Of a stretch of 64,000 nt of DNA, positions 60,078 to 64,000 are shown piece by piece. The notes beneath the pieces are model-generated. The model was not told where the DNA came from, searched no databases, and was given only the letters and a program-made list of their open reading frames with translations. The position numbers and the translations under genes were made by a program. How positions within the stretch are numbered: the stretch's first letter is position 1; each line of letters opens with the position of its first letter. The DNA comes from Asterias rubens (taxonomy: Eukaryota). The stretch is from the NCBI RefSeq assembly GCF_902459465.1, contig NC_047063.1, positions 868,001 to 932,000 of the forward strand, written 5' to 3'.

Positions 60078-60456
60078 AGACAGTGGACACTATTGGTAAT
60101 TGTCAAAGACCAGTCTTCTCACTTGCTGTATCTCAACTTATGCATAAAATAACAAACCTGTGAAAATTTGAGCTCAATCGGTTGTAGAAGTTGCGAGATA
60201 ATAATGAAAATAAAAAACACCCTCGTCACACGAAGTTGTGTGCTTTCTGATGCTTGATTTCGAGACCTCAAATTCTAAATCTGAGGTCTCGAAATCAAAT
60301 TCCTGGAAAATTACTTCTTTCTCGAAAACTACGCCACTTCAGAGGGAGCTGTTTCTCACAATGTTTTATACTATAAACCTCTCCCCATTACTGGTAATAA
60401 AGAAAGGTTTTGTGGTGATAATAATTTTGAGTAATTACCAATAGTGTCCACTGCCT
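60078..60456 (+). mobile_element. Kolobok-like MITE
   Basis: agacagtggacactattggtaatt ... aattaccaatagtgtccactgcct-ttaa. Confidence 0.8.
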
Positions 60457-61639
60457 TTAAGATATGTCAAAATATTCACAGAAATTTTAAGAAATTAAAT
60501 ATTTTAATACTAAAAGTGGTTGAGACGATACGGCATCTACCGTATTTCTAACCATGCTGACAAACAAGTCAGTTAAATGTACAACCTAAAATCTTTTACA
60601 AAAATAAAATTATCTTTGAAATTGGTTGCTGTTACAGCTTTTAAAGTTGGTGGTTTTATGTGACACTAATTTCTTCTATAGGTTACTTTAAAATGTTCTT
60701 TTATTTCATCACTGTTTTTCTGAAGCCAATTTAACCACTCAAGCCAAACTTTCATCTTTAGAGAATGCATTTTTTTAATCTTTAACTTGCCGCCGACTGT
60801 TTGCCAACTTAACTTTGACATTTCAGCAAACATGACAGTAGAAATTATTACATCGTGTATTTCTGGGGTTATTTTGATCATAGTAAGTTTAATCGATGAG
60901 TAGTTAACAACTTAATAAAATTAAGGTTTGTGCAGCGCTTGTTACAAACCAATTCACAAATGGAATCGGCTGTTTGTGAAAACTCCAAAATATCTACAAG
61001 CTGCATTTTACATTGTAAAACCCACAAAGGTTGAGCATTTGTTTTTCACACCGAGTCAGTGCTAAAGAATGGCAATTCAAAGAATAGCTTTTCGTGAAAA
61101 CCCAAACTGTAAGTCTGGTTAAATTAGTGTTATCAAAACTATTTTTGGACTTTCAAAATGTTCAAATGTTTAAAGCCACATCCTATTTGCCCAAAATGTT
61201 TAATTTGTTAGAGTTGGCTGTTCATGAAAAAGACGTTATTTGTAAAAGTGATTTGGGTCAATGTACACTTCCCAAAGCCACCAATGTTACTTTTATTTCT
61301 TCTTTAATGTACTCTTTATATTTTTTTATTTTGTTTACGTGGCACTATATTTATAAAAGAGTGTACAACTTTCCAAGTGTTCGTCAAAAGTTGTTAAACT
61401 TAAAACATTAACGGATTATATTTTTGATTACTCAGCGGTTTACATGCATTTTGCAGAATAAAGTGCTCTTAACATTAAAATAAAAAAATGGAAGTCAAGT
61501 GTTTTATTTTTGTTATCAATTTTGAGGAAATGCAACGTTCATATCACGTACAACTTCAGACAATTATCTTATTTACATGTATAATAATAACTTATTAGCC
61601 AGTTTACAAAAACATATCAATGCAGTTTACATTAGTGCC

Positions 61640-61900
61640 CTGGTCTAACTTTGGGCCAATGGGTCTCGGCTCACTGGGGAGTTAACAGCCCTGAGCCGCC
61701 CTGGCCCTCCAGTGGCCTTTACATACACAATATCAACCTCTACCCTCGCAGGTACCCATTTATACCCCCTGGGTGAAGACAAGCAACTAGCGTGAAGTGT
61801 CTTGCTCAATGACACAAGTGCCATAATACAACTGGGATTGGAACCCACCCTCCATTGACTTGAACTTGAATCTCTAAATCACTCGGACACAACACCCTAT
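61640..61900 (-). mobile_element. SINE of the 52060 family, reversed
   Basis: ggtacccatttataccccctgggtg...aagtgtcttgctcaatgacac...gggattggaaccc. Confidence 0.55.
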
Positions 61901-62365
61901 AAAAATTGAGAGAAATAGTGACACAGAATATTCTGCCTTCTCTGCATCCTTCATTTGTAGGAAAACGGTTTAAATCAAACAGACTACAGTCGTTGGTTGA
62001 ACAAGAATATGGGTTGGAAATGATTACCAGCCATTGTTTTCCAACCCTTCCCCCCAAAAAAAATCAGCACACAATCAACCCACATCCCCCCCCCCCCAAA
62101 AAAAAAAAAAAAACACCCTCCAAAAAACAAACCCATGTTGCACAAGTCAAAAGGTTCTGAGAACAAAAAAAAATAACAACTTTGTTTTCTCTTTTTTTTT
62201 CATTTAAAGGAATGGTGCAGGGGGAGCGGTAGGGTGGAGGAGGGGGGGGGGGGTACAGGGTAAGAGCATGGTGCATAATTCTTCATAACTCCAGCTGCCT
62301 ACCGCATTAAAGCAGCACAAGTTTGGTTGGGCAAAATTTACACTCTTTGACACTTATATGTCATG

Positions 62366-63509
62366 TCATAACCCATATTTCTTCCCAAGTTTGTCCAACT
62401 CTGAAGCCCTTTCAGCTTCAGAGCTCTGCATGTAGCTGAAGAGTTCTTGCACAACTGAAAACAAGAGGGACATGTAAAAGAGTTATTAGTGACATGTATG
62501 GGGATCAGATCTGGCAGCAAACTAAGCTACCGAAGTGGCAATAGTTTGTTTAATTTTCACACCTATTTAAATACATGTAGATATAATATGCAGTGAAATT
62601 CACTTTGGTTTCAAGTCTACAAAACATCAAAATTACAAAACAAAATCTACACTACTAATTTTGGTTTTTACCCATACACCAATGTGTGTTAGCACTGTAT
62701 ACTCAGTACTTTCCCCCGAGTCCTGTGAACAAATATCACAGGCATATTACTCGGGTGGGATTCGCACCTAGACCCTTGCAGATCTAGAGCAGTGTCTTAC
62801 CAACTAGACCATCGGGGTTGCCCGGTAGCTAGCTAACACACATCGGTGTATGGGTAAAAACCAAAATTAATATTCTTTAACCCCGATGCAAATTTAACAC
62901 AATCTACACTAAAACCACGTAGAGGCTACACAATAACAAATAATCAATAGGCACGTGTATTACGCAAAGAAAACAACAGTGAAGAGTAGCCGACCCCCAG
63001 AAAACATGATTCAACAAGTATTTATGTTTTGTATGGCCGTGATCAGTGGCTTAAATGGGGTAGGGTTGGGGGCTTCAGCCTCTCATCACTTCCCTACTCT
63101 AGTCGCACCCCAACCAAAAAGAGATCAATGGAAACAAATGTCTGAAAAGCAGGACTATGTGGTTAAAAATATTTATATATATATTTTTTTGTTTATCACA
63201 ATGATTGCATCTTGTCATGCTTGTGATGCCAATGGTTGAGAAAAGCAAGACAAGTGGCCCATATTGTGTAGACTTTCCTGAAGACTATTGCTGTGTGGGG
63301 GCAGGGGGGAGTGGGGGCAGGTAAATGGCACTTGGAGCGGGCATATGCCCCCCCCCCTGAGTGCCCCTCTTTTTTATGAGTACAGCATACATCCCTCCAC
63401 TATATTGCACCTACCTTGTTTATCTTTGGATGACATGAACATGATGTTCATTTCAAATCTTTTGACCTGGGAGAGGTTCTCCAGGATTTCATAGACACGT
63501 TCTCCTTGT
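62366..63509 (-). CDS. Last two exons of an unidentified protein (63415-63509; 62366-62454), 5'-partial
   Basis: GT-AG exons join in phase 1: QGERVYEILENLSQVKRFEMNIMFMSSKDKQ/VVQELFSYMQSSEAERASELDKLGKKYGL*. The gene presumably continues beyond 64000. Confidence 0.75.
62656..62869 (-). mobile_element. tRNA-like SINE bracketed by 38-bp inverted repeats
   Basis: 62656-62693 is the reverse complement of 62832-62869 at 37/38 positions; reversed tRNA-like head between them. Confidence 0.6.
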
Positions 63510-63722
63510 CTGTTTACAAACACAAACAAGACATGTCAGTATTTCAATTTGGGTAACCAAACATGAAACAAAACAATGGGTATTATTATTATTAATTTTA
63601 TTATTATTTAATGTACCGTTAAGTTAACCATGTTTATATCTAGTTGAAAAAGTAAACATAAGTTTAATTGAGTTTATGGCAAAAAATGCAGTTTAACTAC
63701 TTGAAATAATAAATAATAAAAA

Positions 63723-63928
63723 AAAAGTGAAATAAATATCTAACAAATTAAATAATTAACCAAATGACTCAACAACTCAATGCCTAAATACCTAACAGTC
63801 TAAATAAATACATTAAATACAATACAAAAGTGAAATAAATATCTAACAAATTAAATAATTAACCAAATGACTCAACAACTCAATGCCTAAATACCTAACA
63901 GTCTAAATAAATACATTAAATACAATAC
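63723..63928. repeat. Perfect 103-bp tandem duplication (intronic)
   Basis: 63723-63825 is repeated at 63826-63928. Confidence 0.9.
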
Positions 63929-64000
63929 ATACCTGTATACATTAATCAATTAATAAATCAATCAATAAATAAAACAAATTTTATGCAGTTGGTTTATAGC

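Overview
AT-rich, intron-containing animal genomic DNA. The repeat types suggest a marine invertebrate deuterostome such as a sea star (inference). Genes were rebuilt by hand from GT-AG splice sites and phase continuity. In order: SLC25A20 carnitine/acylcarnitine carrier (-, 8 exons, last exon not found in window); MGAT4C-like GlcNAc transferase (+, 4 coding exons, 478 aa); an unrecognised basic, low-complexity protein (-); a 434-aa Ser/Arg/Thr-rich ORF (+) whose last ~29 codons are the first copy of a decayed ~6.4-kb tandem array; a chain of orphan minus-strand exons at 29.5-32.2 kb; an SLC16/MCT transporter (+, 746 aa); UBL4A (-, 156 aa); an 11-exon, 440-aa type-I membrane protein with an IL-17-receptor-like ectodomain but no SEFIR/TIR domain (+); and the last two exons of an unidentified gene (-). 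Introns and spacers hold many non-autonomous elements: TTAA-flanked Kolobok-like MITEs, CWG-TSD Harbinger-like MITEs nested in a SINE, TAG..CTA MITEs with 9-bp TSDs, a 2.7-kb Helitron/Helentron-like element, tRNA-derived SINEs and minisatellites. No rRNA, true tRNA gene, CRISPR array or autonomous transposase was seen. All family assignments come from recalled sequence similarity; no database search was run.
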